Positions 45,101 through 45,753 of a stretch of 45,753 bases of DNA are shown here, one piece after another; the stretch's first letter is position 1, and each line of letters starts with the position of its first letter. A program made the position numbers and the translations under genes. Where the stretch lies: the IMG/VR virus record IMGVR_UViG_2061766007_003026. One strand, 5' to 3'. A model generated the notes under the pieces. That model saw only the letters and a program-made list of their open reading frames with translations, made no database searches and had not been told where the DNA came from. The stretch comes from an uncultured virus (IMG/VR IMGVR_UViG_2061766007_003026). Taxonomy: Duplodnaviria > Heunggongvirae > Uroviricota > Caudoviricetes.

Positions 45101-45753
45101 GGTATCGGCNNNNNNNNNNTCTCGTAGTCGTTGCGGAGCGTCAGGCTGACCGTGCTGCCGAGGCTCGAATAGTCCGAAAGTGCCGACCCGTCCTTGCGTA
45201 TCTTGGCGTCAGTCACATAGGACGTGACTCCAGCCGCTCCGACATCCCCGAGCCTGGATACCCTGGCGTTCCTGTAGTCCTCGGCCAGCATCTTCACCGC
45301 GGCAAGCGCACGGCGTACTGGCTGGGCCTTCGATTTCCTGGACACGCTGACGTCCGGGTCCATGACGACCGTGAGCAACGCCCCTATGATTGATAGTCTG
45401 TCGTTCTCCTGGGAATTCCAGGATGCCGTGCTGTACATGTCCAGCGGNNNNNNNNNNGACGCCGGCACCGACATCTCCGAGCCTGGATACCCTGGCGTTC
45501 CTGTAGTCCTCGGCCAGCATCTTAACCGCGGCAAGAGCACGGCGTACGGGCTGGGCCTTCGATTTCCTGGAAACGCTGGCGTCCGGGTCCATGACGACCG
45601 TGAGCAGCGCCCCTATGATTGATAGCCTGTCGTTCTCCTGGGAATTCCAGGATGTCGTGCTGTACATGTCCAGCGGGTAGTCCTCGGGAGTCAGCGATTC
45701 GGACATCGGGATGCTTTCAAGGATTGACCGGTTCATCCTGTAAACCCTGGCGA
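42107..45753 (-). CDS. Very large putative structural protein; C-terminal part, broken into overlapping allelic fragments; begins outside the window
   Basis: Open minus-strand frames in the contig pieces; duplicated blocks flank the gaps; stop at 42107. Confidence 0.6.

Overview
Segment of a large (jumbo-type) phage genome from a gapped metagenomic scaffold. The many 10-N gaps join overlapping strain variants, so several 'duplications' are alleles. The host is probably Fibrobacter/FCB: two Fibrobacter-major-paralogous (FISUMP)-domain proteins, and repeated TTGCTATATTTG promoters matching the Bacteroidota-type TAnnTTTG element. About 1-25.7 kb is an RNA-gene supercluster: about 45 tRNA or tRNA-like genes and fragments, tmRNA, Pth2, four free-standing homing endonucleases, an IS607-like tnpB element and the 5' end of an IscB omega/HEARO RNA. 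Many structured non-coding RNAs lie between the tRNAs. 26-45.7 kb holds an NAD+-dependent DNA ligase, a patatin, a gp21-like protease paralog, a PD-(D/E)xK nuclease, a metallopeptidase, a GNAT-like protein and structural/tail genes. Most notable: (i) an OLE-like ~500-nt RNA with covarying alleles; (ii) a 183-nt RNA carrying alanyl-tRNA identity elements but no anticodon arm; (iii) about 30 of 48 visible tRNA/tmRNA 3' ends followed by CTA and none by CCA; (iv) one kissing-loop leader RNA, with compensatory changes, in front of three mobile nuclease genes; (v) a conserved 10-aa K/R-rich mini-ORF before tRNA-Lys; (vi) several families of small covarying RNAs and non-canonical tRNAs. All RNA structures were folded by eye and family assignments come from remembered motifs, not from searches.
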